NCBI GenBank assembly: GCA_951406725.2
Contig: OX597831.1
Location: 67,642,001-67,706,000 of the forward strand
From: Octopus vulgaris
Taxonomy: Eukaryota
DNA: 64,000 nucleotides
Reading direction: 5' to 3'
Under the pieces are notes generated by a model, which was not told where the DNA came from, did no database searches, and worked only from the letters and a program-made list of their open reading frames with translations. Of this stretch, positions 39,620-53,166 are shown one piece after another (positions within the stretch are counted from its first letter, which is position 1; every line of letters begins with the position of its first letter). The position numbers and the translations under genes are program-made.

Positions 39620-40900
39620 TTTGGATTTATTGAAACTATCTTCGTTTCTAGAGGGGCACAGATAAAATCAGAAGCTTTTTAGCAATTGCAACAGACTCCG
39701 AATGTAAAATCTGTATTTGTTGTCAAATATGTCTGTAGCCGTCTGATGTCTATGGCACTGTGCATCCACCAGGTGCTCAATATTAAAAGCATATTTCGTT
39801 TAATTTTCTTTATGAATGTCATTTGAAATTAATATTCAAGATAATAAATATTTTTGCTTGAAGTTCTTCATTTCTTCAAATTATTTGAAACCTCTGGGTC
39901 CTTTTTATAGATGAAGTCTTTGTAATGATAGACCTTATGAGACCAATAAATTTTAAAATTTTGCACTATTGTGAAGTATTTCTTTTGTTCTGCAACAATC
40001 TCTGCTGATTTGTAGGTGTGATTATTTATTGGAAGTATCTGCCAAATTTCAGTTTATGTTGTAGATTCAAATATTTTTTTTCGCACAGTTGCTTGTCTGT
40101 TAGCTCATTGACAGCGTAGTTTTAAGAACACCTTTCATATCAATCCAACTATTGTCTTAACCAATGCACTTTTGGGAACTAGATTCATTGCACCATTACT
40201 ACGGGAAAGAAAATTTACCTCTTCTACATGTAATAAGGTTTGGTCAAAGTATCCAGTCAACAGATCTCAAAAAAAGATTGACTCATGTTTGTTAGGTAAG
40301 CCCAAAGTTCAACGGTGTTTACTACTTTTGGAATCAGTGGCAGAGGTTGATGAGAGTTATCTGACAGGATTATTTTTACTCCTCCCATATGAGATTTCTT
40401 TTCACACATGTCCTGAAACACCTGAAGAAACAGTAGTAATACCTATGATTTTATATTGAACTTTGACAAGTAACGACACCGAACAGCTATGTCTTTCCTG
40501 TTACACCTTGAATATCAATGATGCAAATTCTGGCTTATTGTTGCCAAATCAATCCTAAATAGAATAACCTACTGTGCGCTTGAATTCATTGAAATTTACA
40601 TTTTGCTATTAAAGTGTCTTCACTTTATAAGATACGTTTTTCTAAATTTCTTTTACTAGATTATTGACTTCAGAGTAGTTAAATTGAGAGAGAGACCTAA
40701 CTTTTAAAGATGTTCGCCATTTATATCCATGAGCTTGTCAATTAGAGTAGCATTATATAAATTTACCTACTTACAATAACACCTTACTAGAGTATACTTG
40801 CAGAGCTTCATGCTTGAAATATTTGGCACGATCACCAGAATATTGAGCTGCAATGGATGTGAAATGGCTGTTTTACAGCGTTTTAACAGTTTGATGATAT
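39620..40900 (-). mobile_element. Possible highly decayed hAT transposase
   Basis: Scattered minus-strand peptides FGVVT, TWWMHS and AIAKKLLILS occur in the order expected for hAT DDE and dimerisation motifs, with many stops. Confidence 0.35.
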
Positions 40901-41554
40901 GAACATTAAGACTCATAGGTGTTTAAAATATAGAAGCTTCTGATTATGTTATTATAACCCTGTGCATCATTCTTCAGGCAGCCATGTACAAAGTATGTCT
41001 CTAAATGGTACAAACTTTAGTACTTACTATTTAAGGTTATTGAAATAAAACTGAACTTCGCACCTCATGAAAAACTCGTAGAAAAAAGCACTGTTAAAAC
41101 ATATGCCAGATTGGTTTTAACAAAGATATCTCGGTTTTTCCTTTCCGTTACTTCTGGTGTCATGTCTATTGAGATAGTAGTTGATAGTACGGAAATACTT
41201 GTGTAGTGTTGCATTCCTTGGAATTTGTGTTGCGGTTGATTAAGCGAAGTAAACCTTTCAGCCATTTTCCAAGTTGACTGTAAGTTATTAAATACTGGAG
41301 TCTCTTTATGAAGGAGAAAGCAAAAAAGCAGAGCTTCCGCTTCGGAGTACATGCCAATATTGGTTCCTTTAAACGACCAAATAATTCCAGCTGGAAGCCT
41401 CACTATGTGATTCCATATATTTGGTTTCACTGCCACAGAAGGCCTCTTCTAGAGGAAGCACACAGTTAAAACTGCATCTCCCAAAAAATAACCTTTCTCT
41501 TCAGAGTCAGATGATATTTCATGACGTAACAGTTATCGATACTCTGAAAAACCT

Positions 41555-41950
41555 TGGCAGAGACTATATTAGAGTATTCCTCTCATGTCTGGAACAGTGT
41601 TAATGCAGCACAGAAAAACATCATAGAACGCATCCACAAAAGGTCAACCCGATTGATTAACACCAAGCTAATTACAAACATGCTCCAGCCTCTAGTCTAC
41701 CCGCGTACTGTCTACTTCCCTGCTCCCATCTCTCTCTTTTTCTTTCTGCATGCACCTTAATATAATAATCTCTGTTTTTTTAAATCGGTTGCAATCATAC
41801 TACTTCCTCTCGGGTATTTTCGTCTCACTTGCTTCTCCTCTCGTTATATTTTTTTGTCCAACATTTCAGGCCCCAAAATAATTACTATTTCTAGTCCTTT
41901 CTTTCCAGAGCTTCTACTCTCTGGAATTCGCTCCCTTTTTATATCTCTAC
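41555..41950 (+). mobile_element. CR1/L2/Jockey-type LINE 3' fragment
   Basis: ILEYSSHVWNS..IERIHKRSTRLI..LQPL and FFPRASTLWNSLP. Confidence 0.7.
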
Positions 41951-43859
41951 TGCAAGGGGCCAATATCACTGGTATGTATGGGAAGGACTTCAAAGACCAT
42001 AGGCTCTGTCTCTCCTTCCAAATCTAGGAAGGAAGGCGTGCATATGTGTACATGTGCGCGTGTTTATGTGCAGTGCATGCGTGTGTGCCATCTTTGTGTT
42101 TGTATTTATCACACATCACTCGGCAACTAGTGTTTATTTGTTTTCGTGCCTATATCGTATCGGTTCAGCAAAAGACCATTTACTTGACTGAAAATTAAGT
42201 GCTGGAGGTGATTTCAAGGGCTAAACATTTCAAAATGATGCCTTCAAGATGGTGACTACAGAGGTCTGGTTCGTATGGTCAGTCAAACCCAAAGAATTAC
42301 CGGACGTATTATTAATGCCAATGTTAGGCAGGGAAGTTTGCGTCTATTATGGACCCTAAATTAGGTGTGATAGAGTATGAGATCTTAATAGAAGATTTGT
42401 TAAAGATAGAGTAATATTTATGTTGTGGTGGAAAAATGGAGATAAAATTTTAAAGAAAATCTTGCAGGTTTTCCCACCAAATCTGGGGTTGGAATTGATC
42501 TCTAGGAGTAATAACACCTACTCGAATAGACCCTACATGATTCAATAATACCAACCATAATTCTACTTCCCATACTATTACTAACATGACCACATATAAC
42601 CGTGGCGACACCCCTCCTAGCCCAACACCGGTACTTCTTTGGGGGCAGGTGAACCTATGTAAAAATACTTATGTCTTACATTGGCACACTATAATTTCCC
42701 TTAAACACTGATTTTCTAAAGGACAAACGATTTTGTTTTTACAGTTACACAAGCACTTATTCACTTGTATTTGATACCCATGGTTAGAAGAACCTTACTA
42801 TTCCTCCTCTGAGAATTAGATGTTAAGGCAGGATTATTATTATGAATAACAATGTGTTAACTGTATTATCAGAGTCAGAATTACTTTTGCTTAAAGAATC
42901 GAAATCTAGTTCAGGAAAATTATTATTACAGTTCATCTCACAATTCACACTATCAATTCTACTCTCGTTTACATATTTTGAGTTGAGATATTTCCTAATT
43001 CTCCGTTTATTATATACTACTATAGTCTCATAATTTCTGGTGGCTGAAAACAAAACTTTTATACTATGACGATTAAATGATTTCCATATCTGCCTTGAAG
43101 AGATATTTTAACTAATTCTGAATAAATATTATTAAATTTTATTGGTAATTTTATAATGAAAAGTTGTCACAGATTTCGGAAAACATTTAAATATTTCAAT
43201 TCTTAATTATAATTTGTTTGTATATATTATATAATAAGCATAATTTTGCTATTCTATTTAATAGATAAATAAATATTGTCACGTCGTAGAATCTCTATTT
43301 CTAATTATCATAACATAGAATTCGTATGTTTATTTCTTTTTCTTTCGTTATCGACTGACTTCACCAAGAGTTGAATACAAAAAATAGCTTTTCTTAGATT
43401 ATATTTCTTCTCAACGTTCTTTTTGTATGCATTCGTGTACTGGAGACATTTTCTTATTTCACTTTGAACTTAACTCAATTTGTATCACCTTGTAAACGTT
43501 CTGTTAACATGTATTTTCGGATATATCAATTTGTTAATACAGCAGAAACGATCATCATGGTGGATTCTACAATTAACGATATGATTTTCTCTACCTGTGT
43601 TTTTATTATCTGATTCCCTAAATTTCTCAAGATTCTTCTAAATATTATTTGGATCTACTTTTCATGCATGAGGAATTAACTTAGATGTTTATTTTACTTG
43701 CATTTATTGGTGTCTGATAATTTGATATAGTTAACCAAATTCCTTTAAAAATGAGTGCTTTATTGATATCTGTTTGGATTTTTAATCACATTTTTAAAAT
43801 TCTAGTATATATATAAAATAAGATTTGTATGTTTTGCTATGTATATGTATTTTCATGAA

Positions 43860-44660
43860 TATACTTGCATATCTAGACATGCTCATATATACTTAAATGA
43901 TAAACTTCTGGAAAGTTTTACAGATTTTTACATTTCCAGAGATGGATTGGATCTGTAGTATTCGAATCAGCTTTCTCCTTTCTGGATTTGAGAAGCCTAA
44001 TTTCTCAAGATTGGTATTTAGGTAGTCTGTTACATACCTCAGTGTCCCAATAATTACAGGTATAAACCTGAACTTTAACCTGGATAGAGTAACTGCAGAT
44101 TTCTTTATAGTTCAGCGTAGGTATTCTCTTTTTCGCTGATCTTTATATCCATAACTATACACAGTTTCTCTTCTCTATCCCAAATCATTATGTCTGGTAT
44201 ATTGTGTTTATATTTTATTGAGGTTTACACTAGGACATTCCACCAGTACTCCTTTTTATTATGTGGTTATGGCTTTCACCATACTGTGGGTTCTTATTTC
44301 TTTGTCTTCGGGTTAATCCTTTCGATGGATCTCGTTATACAGTGTCCTAGAAACATCATGTCTCATCGGGAGATAATATCGTGATGGCATTTTCGGACAA
44401 CTGCTTATGATGTGGTCGATATCTTCGGTGTTAACTCCGCAAAGTCTACATCGGTTGTCACATTTTACTGTTTTTCATGCATCTCTGTCCCTTTTATGCA
44501 TCAGGTATTTGGTTGATATTTCTTGTTTCTGGATTGCATACCCTTCAGAGTAGGAGATAGTAATCCGGTTGTTGGTGATCAATGTTACACTCATCTCTGA
44601 GCTTTCTACTAACATATCCATGCATAGTTTTTTGCTCATAAGCGCTCATCCTTTCATCTG
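43860..44660 (-). mobile_element. R4/Dong-like LINE 3' fragment
   Basis: Reverse complement homolog of 8085-8800; CRLCGVNTEDIDHIISSCPKMP..RPDIMIWDRE. Confidence 0.85.
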
Positions 44661-44861
44661 ATGATACATTGCGGTAAAATCGTGCGACTACTTTGGCCAT
44701 GTATTTAAGGTTATCATACAAGGAATTCTGCTCAAAGAGCTGCTTTCCAAGTCTCGTGATGTTATCAACTTCATGTATGCAAACTTGGTCAACGGATGCA
44801 CTTCGACAACTCGGTGGTTAAAAGATGTTGCCGACATACATATGTCGGCGGAAGCGTTAAT

Positions 44862-45510
44862 ATGTGGTAAGTTTGCTTCCGAACCACATGGTTCCGAGTT
44901 CAGTCCCATTGCGTGACATCTTGGGCAATTGTGTTCTACTGTGGCCTCGGATCAACCAAAGCCTTGTGAGTGGATTTGGTAGTCGAAACTGAAAGAAGCT
45001 CGTCGTATATACATTACTGTAGCCCGAGGCTATAGTAGAAGACACTTGCCCAAGGTGCTACGCAGTGGGACTGAACCCGGAACCAAATGGTTGGTAAGCA
45101 AGCTACTTACCAACCCCCTGGTTCTGGGTTCAGTCCCATTGCGTGGCAGCTTGGGCAAGTATCTTCTACTATAGCCTCGGGTCGACCAAAGCCTTGTGAG
45201 TGGACTTGATTGACGGAAACTGAAAGAAGCCCGTGTATGTATGTGTGTGTATACGTTTGTGTGTCTATTTGTCCTCCCAACATCGCTTGACAACCGATGC
45301 TAGTGTAACATAGCGGTTCGACAAAAGAGACCGATAGAATAAGTACTAGGCTTACAAAGAATAAGTCCTGGGATCCATGTGTTCGACTAAAGGCAGTACT
45401 TCAGCACGGCCGCAGTCAAATGACCGAAACAAGTAAATGAATAAAAGAATTATATATATATATATATATATAGGGGCAGGAGTGGCTGTGTGGTAAGAGA
45501 TTTGCTTCCC
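44862..45510. mobile_element. Cluster of SINE family A pieces in alternating orientation
   Basis: + head/body 44862-45010, - head 45020-45112, + body/tail 45119-45450, + head 45473-45510. Confidence 0.85.
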
Positions 45511-47330
45511 CGCGCATGCGTTGGTCAGTGTTTCTTTTTGCACTGCTAGGAGTCACGACACTAACGTGTGAAGCACAGCTACAAGGTAAGACATTTGTTT
45601 TTTGGGGGGATTCAGTGTGGGTTTGTTGCTCGTGTTTGTCTATTTTGTCGAACAAAAAGTCTCCACTGAGTTCCTGGCAAATTGTCTGCCTGTAGTTGTA
45701 TTTAAAGTCTCCCTTACAGGTGAGAAGTGTGTTTTGGGGGCGTATTCCTCCTTCTATAATTGTGCTTATTTTTTTTTTACTAATTTTTGGTGAAATCGTT
45801 ATCTGGCTGTTTTGTGCACTGGATTACCAAGTGGATTACCGAATTGGCCAGGAGTACCAGAACAGCCAGAAAAATAGTTTGCTGTGTTTTTGAACTGTTT
45901 CTTGTCTTCTTCCTTCCTTCATTCTTTGAACTCTGTGAACTTTTTCCCACAAAAAACATGGCAAAAAAGATAAATAACACTACGTCGGAGTGGGAGATTG
46001 TCCTACCCAAATAGTGGATGAAAAACTTTGAAGAGAGGACGGTGGTGTTAAGGACTTAGTCAAAGTCGCTCGACACCTTCGCGCTCTTTAAAAAGACAGA
46101 AATTGAAATAGAGATGGCAGAGTACTTGCCAACTATTAAATTCATCTCCAGAGGGGGGTCAAATATGCTACAGTGTGGTTGCTATTGACACTCCTGGGGA
46201 GTATCGTAAATTTGCGAGCCAGCCCTTACAGGGCAAAAAGATTTTATTTCTTCCCACGTATGGTGGGAAGAAGTTGACAACATCCCCAAGTATCACCTGT
46301 GCCTGGAACCGAACCACATCAAAAAGAACTATCCCCAGGACCACAGTAGGGTCCTGGAACAGTTGGTTTTGGAAGAGATCCCCTCCCTCTCCAGAGGGAG
46401 AGATGGAGGTAGTCGAGGTGGTAGAGACCTCCCCGAAAAAAGGAAGAAGGTAGGCAACAATGGTTGCTTCCCGAAGGACCCTAAAGCTGCGGGAGGGAGG
46501 GATAATCCTCCGGTTAAAGCAAGGGAACCACCCCCTCCCGTATCAAAGACAAGAAAAAAAGAAGAAAAAGAATGGGACAGTGCCGGCGGTTAGCAGTATA
46601 CTGCCGGCATGTCCCGAAACCTCGTCGGTGGGAATTGTGCCACCGACGGCGGAAACTGTGGCACCTCCCAATGTAACGAATGAGTAATTTGTGATCTTCT
46701 TTCTTAAGGGAGGGGCTGTAGAGAACTTTGTGAGGAATCTGGAAGGTCGGGAACAAGAGGTCCTGAACTGCATTGAAAGCCCAGATTGGCCTCCGCAGGT
46801 AGCTGCGGATGTCATAGCGGAAAATTATTTCTACAGGGTGATGGATTCCTTTACCAATGATGAATACAATTATCTTTTATGGGGCCCCGACTTGCGACTG
46901 CAGGCGGCAAGAGACTTAATCGGGGAGGTAGAGTAAGAGGTCTCAGTGCCTCGATTAGAATTTGGTGATTTTGGTAAGTGGCTTAATTCCTCAATTTGAA
47001 AGTTACTACTTTCACCCTCCGCAAAAAATCCCAAATTTTATTTAATTTGCTTTGCGGGAAGGACTGTTTCAACGAAGTCGCGTATTGTTCTTGTCCTTGT
47101 AACGCGGAATATACAGGGACAACTGATGAAGGGGAATATTCTTTATGTTGCTTGTCTCGTTTCTCTGTTTTTTTCGTTGTTCAAAAAAAAGTTCGTTTTC
47201 TATGTTTTTGTTTTTATGTTTTCGTTTCTCATTGTGTTCAACGTTTTTTTGATGTCCTGTACCCATATATGCATGTATATATACATATATATGTAAGTAT
47301 GTACATATATGTATGTATATATGCATATAT
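45511..47330 (+). mobile_element. Interspersed retroelement-like unit with decayed ORF1-like coding region, no RT seen
   Basis: GC-richer, codon-like 45958-46936 with stops and frameshifts. Its 3' part (47010-47320) recurs at 51660-51985 and 7065-7240. Confidence 0.5.
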
Positions 47331-47380
47331 TTATGTATTATACACACACACACACACACACACATACACACGCACACACA

Positions 47381-47445
<65 letters not shown>

Positions 47446-47858
47446 GTATGTATGTGTGTGTCATTATGCGTTTGTCTCCTCGCATCGATTGACAACCGCG
47501 GCTAGTTTGGTTGTTTCCGTAACTTTGTGGGGTTCGGCAAAAGAAGTCCATAGAATAAGTAGCAGGCTTAAAAATCTAAGTATTAGACTCGATTCGTTCG
47601 ACGATACCCTTCAAAGCGGTACATGTGAAGAGAAATAAGGATTAAGTCCAGGCAAGTACTTTGGTAAGCAGTCCGTTTCATAAACCCGGCTAATAGAAAG
47701 ACTAATAAAGAGTAGCAATCCGTTTGTGTTACGCATATCATGTGACAGGTGCAACACTGTAAATTCAAGGTTCTTCACCAATAAATAGGTTGGTATATAA
47801 TCACAGATTATAACTGCAGTCAAACAAAGAATGAATATATTCATGAGATACTTTAATC

Positions 47859-47993
47859 GCTAACATGTTTCGAATGATCCAATAAGTTGTGTCTATTACA
47901 TACTATGGTTTGCAGGCTCAATCGATCAATTATTTGATCAATTAATAACCCAATTCATAGAACAGTTATTCTACGATACATTCTCATCGGAGC
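47859..47993 (-). ncRNA. Hammerhead candidate with ~102-nt insertion in stem II
   Basis: Minus: GCT-CCGATGA-GAATG-[102 nt]-CATTC-GAAA-CATG-TT-AGC. The partner arm has CCGACGA-GAAT..CATCC-GAAA-CATG-TA (50763-50891). Confidence 0.55.
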
Positions 47994-49486
47994 TTTCAAG
48001 TATCTGTCGAATTTTTTTGGGGAAAATAGACGCAATCAGAGTTTGTGGAAGGAAAGACAGCTAATACTAGAATTAAATTTCTTCTTAATTTTTATCATCT
48101 TTATGGCGAGTTCATAATCGTGAGAGGTAATTCCCTTATGAGATGCTGGCGAAATGAAGTCTGTGAGAGAAACGATTGGAAATGAAGCCTGTTTAGTGTT
48201 TATATTAATCTGTCAGTCAAGCAGTAGAGCTGAGTAAAGTCTAGGTTTAGTTGAGTGCGATCCAGCATTTAGTAGAAAACGTAATGTAATAAAATTACCT
48301 TTCTAAATTACTTGACAATTTAAATTTAACTATCGTTAAATAGAATTCTATTAAAATGGAATTAAGCTGAATTACGTTTGCTGTGCTGATTATAAACTCG
48401 TGATTGGAAGGTTGCTTTAAATTTAGAAATTTGATAATATTATGTAGTGAGTATATCAAAAGTGAGGAATAAGAATCATTAGAAAGTGATTTAATTATCA
48501 GGTAAATTAACTCAACATACGATTATTTGGGAGAGGATTTTTTGCAAGATTAAATCGTGGGTGGGTTAATAACCAATAAGTTTTTAAATTGAACTCCTTC
48601 GAGGCGAAGGGAAATCCCAGTCCTTATTCTGAGCTCAATTTTAATGAAACAGGTATTTCTAATCAGGATAATGAAAATGATAAAATATCTCATGTGTCTA
48701 GTCAGGATGTAACGGATGATAACATTTCAATGTCTCATATAGGGAATAGCCTACAATAAATGAAAATTCTGATAACTATAGGCCTAATGAGTTATGTCTT
48801 GTTGGATCCGTAGAAAATGGATAACCAATGTTTAAGGGAAAATATATATAATGTTTGATAAGAACACTTGGAAGTGTCTATCTGTATTCAGGCACTTCTG
48901 CTACAAAATTCAAGGCCAGAAGAATAATTGCAAAACTTGCTTTAAATACAAAAGAAAAGAAACCGTTACCTTACGGAAGTAGAGTTAAATAAACCCATAC
49001 TTAAATTACTTTCTAATGATGTTTAGCCTTCACTTCTGATATATCCACTAAATAATCTTATAAACACTCCTTTCCTAACTATTTCTAAACTTGATACTGC
49101 CTTCCAATCACGAGTTTATAATCATCACACGTAACGTATTTCAGTTTAATTGCTTTTTAAACTTTTAGTTAATAGCATTCTACTTAACGATAGTTAACTT
49201 TAAATTGTCAAATTATTTAGAGAAGTAATTTTATTACATTCTGGCATAAATTGCAATAAAAATTACTACCATTATACGGAGGAGTGCTACATATGATGTA
49301 GCATGATTTAGAGTTGTTAACATTATTCACCCTGAGGGTCCAAATGAATTTGGCCAATAACAAACGGTTTTCTTTTATATTATATAATATTTAAAAGAAG
49401 TAATGCGATTATTTATCTAGCCTCGAATTTTGTAGCGAAATAGCCTAAGAAATAATAGACATTTCGAGGTATTATTATCAAACATA

Positions 49487-49910
49487 GGCGTAGGAATGGC
49501 TGTGTGGTAAGTAGCTTGCTCACCAACCACATGGTTCCGGGTTCAGTCCCACTGCGTGGCACCCTGGGCAAGTGTCTTCTACTATAGCCTCGGGCCGACC
49601 AAAGCCTTGTGAGTGAATTTGGTAGACGGAAACTGAAAGAAGCCCTTCGTATATATGTATATATATATATAATATATATATATATATGCGTGTGTGTGTT
49701 TGTGTGTCTGTGTTTGTCCCCCCAACATCGCTTGACAACAGATGCTGGTGTGTTTACGTGCCCGTAACTTAGCAGTTCGGCAAAAGAGACCGATAGAATA
49801 AGTACTAGGCTTACAAAGAATAAGTCCTGGGGTCGATTTGCTCGACTAAAAGGTAGTGCTCCAGCATGGCCACAGTAAAATGACTGAAACAAGCAAAAGA
49901 GTAAAGAGTA
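49487..49910 (+). mobile_element. SINE family A, full length
   Basis: Complete head, body and tail ending (aagagta)n. Confidence 0.92.
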
Positions 49911-50904
49911 AACATTATATATATATATTTCCCTTAAACATTGATTATACATTTCCTATACTTCCTACATGACATAAGTCATTAGGCCTATATTTATAAG
50001 AATTCTCATTTATTGTATTAGTTTTAAGGCCATTCCTTATATGAGACATTGAGATATTATTATTCGCTACACACTGACTAGACACATGTGACATATTAGT
50101 TTCTTTAGCCTGTTTCATTAAAGCCTAGATCGCTTCATACGCTCAGAATAAGGACTAGAATTTTCCATAGGCTGGAAGGTGTTCAGTTTTAAAAATTATT
50201 TCTTATGAATCCACCCACGATTTAATCTTGTAAGAAATCTTCTCCCAAATTATCGAAAGTTGAATTAATTAACTCGATATGTTTTAATGATTTTAATTCT
50301 TCATTTTTGATATACTCACTAAATAATGTTATCAACAATGTTATCAACATTCCTTTCCGAACTATTTCTCAATACAACCTTCCAGTCACGAGTTTCTAAT
50401 TGTTACACTTTACATAATTTAGTTTAATCATTTTTTAATGTTTTAGTCAATAGAATTCTATTTAACAATATTAATTGTAGTTTAACGATTGCTAACTTTA
50501 AATTGTCAAATAATTTAGAAAGGTAATTTTATTACATTCTGTTTTCTACTAAATGCTGGATCGCAATGCTGGATCGCACTCAACTAACCCTATTAAATAG
50601 GCTTTATTTCCAATCGTTTCTCACGCAAACTTCATTTCGCCAACATCTGGTGACAGAATTACCTCTCACAAGTATGAACTCACTGTAGAGATAATAAAAA
50701 AGGTGACGAAATTTATGTCTAATATTATGTCTTCTAAAAAATTCGACAGATATTTGAAAGCACCGACGAGAATTCATCGTGAAATAACTGTTTCTCAAAT
50801 TAGGTTATTGATCGATCAAATAATTGATCGAGTGAGCCTTCAAACTATAGTGTGTAATGGACTTAACTCATTGGATCATCCGAAACATGTATATTTCTTC
50901 ATCG

Positions 50905-51060
50905 CCAGATCGAGCTGCTACTTCTCCGGATTTGGGAGATCACAGCTCCGGTTCTACGGGCATGTGATTAGAATGTCGCAGAAGAGAATCGGAAGACGGA
51001 TTCTGCAACCCAAGTCAACCAATAGACCAAGCACACGATGGTTGGATAATATCCATAAGT
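50905..51060 (+). mobile_element. RTE-like LINE C-terminal fragment
   Basis: RSQLRFYGHVIRMSQKRIGRRIL..RPSTRWLDNI. Confidence 0.65.
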
Positions 51061-51230
51061 CTATGTTGATTATATTTGAGTATCCCACCGGAAAGTCAAA
51101 TGATAGTTGTCTCTGATACCACCCTACAGAAGAGGTGACTGAGTACTGTACTCACATGACCTTCTCATGAAGAGTAGGCGGAGAAAATAGACAGCTAAAT
51201 TTTTTTGGCATACCACACACACACACACAC

Positions 51231-51269
<39 letters not shown>

Positions 51270-51403
51270 ATAGTATCAAACAGTGGGAATGAATGATCAA
51301 CGCGGCAGCTGACGGATACATATTCCTTAATTATGGACTAACAATGCTCTGCTGCTAATGGCCTCTGCTTTAGAAGAGAATACACACTAAACGAGATTAC
51401 ATA

Positions 51404-51461
<58 letters not shown>

Positions 51462-52001
51462 TATATGTGTGTGTGTGTGTGTATGTGTGTAGAGTGGACG
51501 GCTTTCCCTGTCTCTCTCGCCGTCCTCAAAGCGTTCAAAATATTTTTCCATTCGTTCTGGCTTAACAGTCCTCAATGTTCGTGTTACTGTTATTCTCCTT
51601 GTCCTGTCTTTTACTGTTTATATTTTGTATTGTTTTTACTGTCCTGTTTTTGTTACCATTTTTACCCCTCCGCAAAAAAATCTCAAATTTTATTTAATTT
51701 GCTTTTGCGGGAAGGACTGTTTCAACGAAGTCGTATCTCGCCTTTACCTTCGAAACGTGGAGTAGATGAAACAGAGGCGGCTGAAGAAAGGGAATGTTCC
51801 TTGTGTTGTATGTCTTGTACTCTATTTTTTCGTTGTTTAAGAAAAATGTCCATTTCCCTGGTTTTGTGTTTATGTTTTCGTTTCTCATTGTGTTCGACGT
51901 TTTTTTGGTGCCCTGTACCCATATATGCAGGTATATATACATATAGATGTAGGTACGTACATATATGTATGTATATGTGCATGTTTTATTTATTATTTTG
52001 T

Positions 52002-52103
<102 letters not shown>

Positions 52104-53063
52104 GTAATTAATAAAAAAATAAACGAAGTAAAAACACAGCAAGTAAAAAACAACAACGCGAGGACGTGGTACATGCAAAGTATTAAAAGACGCTGAGGGG
52201 AGGAAAGAAAGGTTACAGAGGAAAGTCCAAGAGAAGGGGATGACAGAGGGAAGAAAAATCGCCAACAACCCACACACGCACACACACACACAAACACCCC
52301 CATACACATGCATGTATATATATATATATGTATGTATGCATGTATGTATGTATGTATGTATGCATGCATGCATGTATGTGTGTATGTATATGTATTTCGG
52401 GCGATTATAGTCCCTGACAATGTATATGTATACAATTATGTGCTTTGCCTACAGCATTATAGCATTTTAGCTTTATTTCTGGCAGTGTAAGTATGTAGGT
52501 GTTTCTAATACCCAAGTCATATTTAGTGACAATTGTAACTTATTACTGGATTGATAAGATCATTTTGTGAAGACATGATTCTTGTGAACCCTCATATGTC
52601 TTTCAAGAACCGAAATCGATTTGCAAGCCCTTTCACACACTATGCATATCGAACCACCAGTTGCTCTTTCATGGGACTTCAGATGGTTGACCTACCCAGT
52701 CTAGGAAAGGAGTACGCAACCACAAGTCTCCCCCCTCCAGCATTTCATGTTCCCGTTGAGGTTCTCTGAAGCCAGCGCTTTAGGCTTCGTGCTCATGGTG
52801 ACCTACAACTATTTAACAACCTTCCCTTACACACTTCGTCCAGAGCTTATTCTTCCCAGTTCTTTACATTGATTTGCAGATTCTTCAGGCCGCCTTTTGT
52901 GCAGTCTTCGTATATTTTGCTTTTGGTTTGTGCTGAGAACGCTTTTGTGCAGACTTTGTATATTTTAATAAATCTCTGAACGAGGTATAAACAGTAACTA
53001 CACGACAATGTGAGGGGTATTTGCAAAGGGAGGTCATCCTTTCCTCGTCAACCTAAGTGATAC

Positions 53064-53106
53064 GCACGGACTGCAGTTTCTAGGTATTGACCTGTCATCA
53101 GCGTAC
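53064..53106 (-). ncRNA. Type-I hammerhead ribozyme (left arm)
   Basis: Exact reverse complement of 53124-53166. Confidence 0.9.
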
Positions 53107-53123
53107 GACAATCACCGTTTTTC

Positions 53124-53166
53124 GTACGCTGATGACAGGTCAATACCTAGAAACTGCAGTCCGTGC
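53124..53166 (+). ncRNA. Type-I hammerhead ribozyme (right arm)
   Basis: GTACG-CTGATGA-C-AGGT-CAAT-ACCT-A-GAAA-CTGCAG-TC-CGTGC: canonical core, palindromic stem III, GUC triplet, 5-bp stem I. Confidence 0.92.

Larger units (their letters stand above)
47859..50891. mobile_element. ~3-kb ORF-less foldback with ~930-bp arms and a third partial arm
   Basis: 47862-48795 is the reverse complement of 49975-50890; 49065-49245 repeats 50350-50540 directly; a SINE lies in the spacer. Confidence 0.85.

Noticed and set aside
47123-47150. CTGATGA motif in the 3' part of the unclassified element
   Set aside because: No stem II/GAAA/stem III follows, and the sibling copy near 51781 does not complete a hammerhead either.
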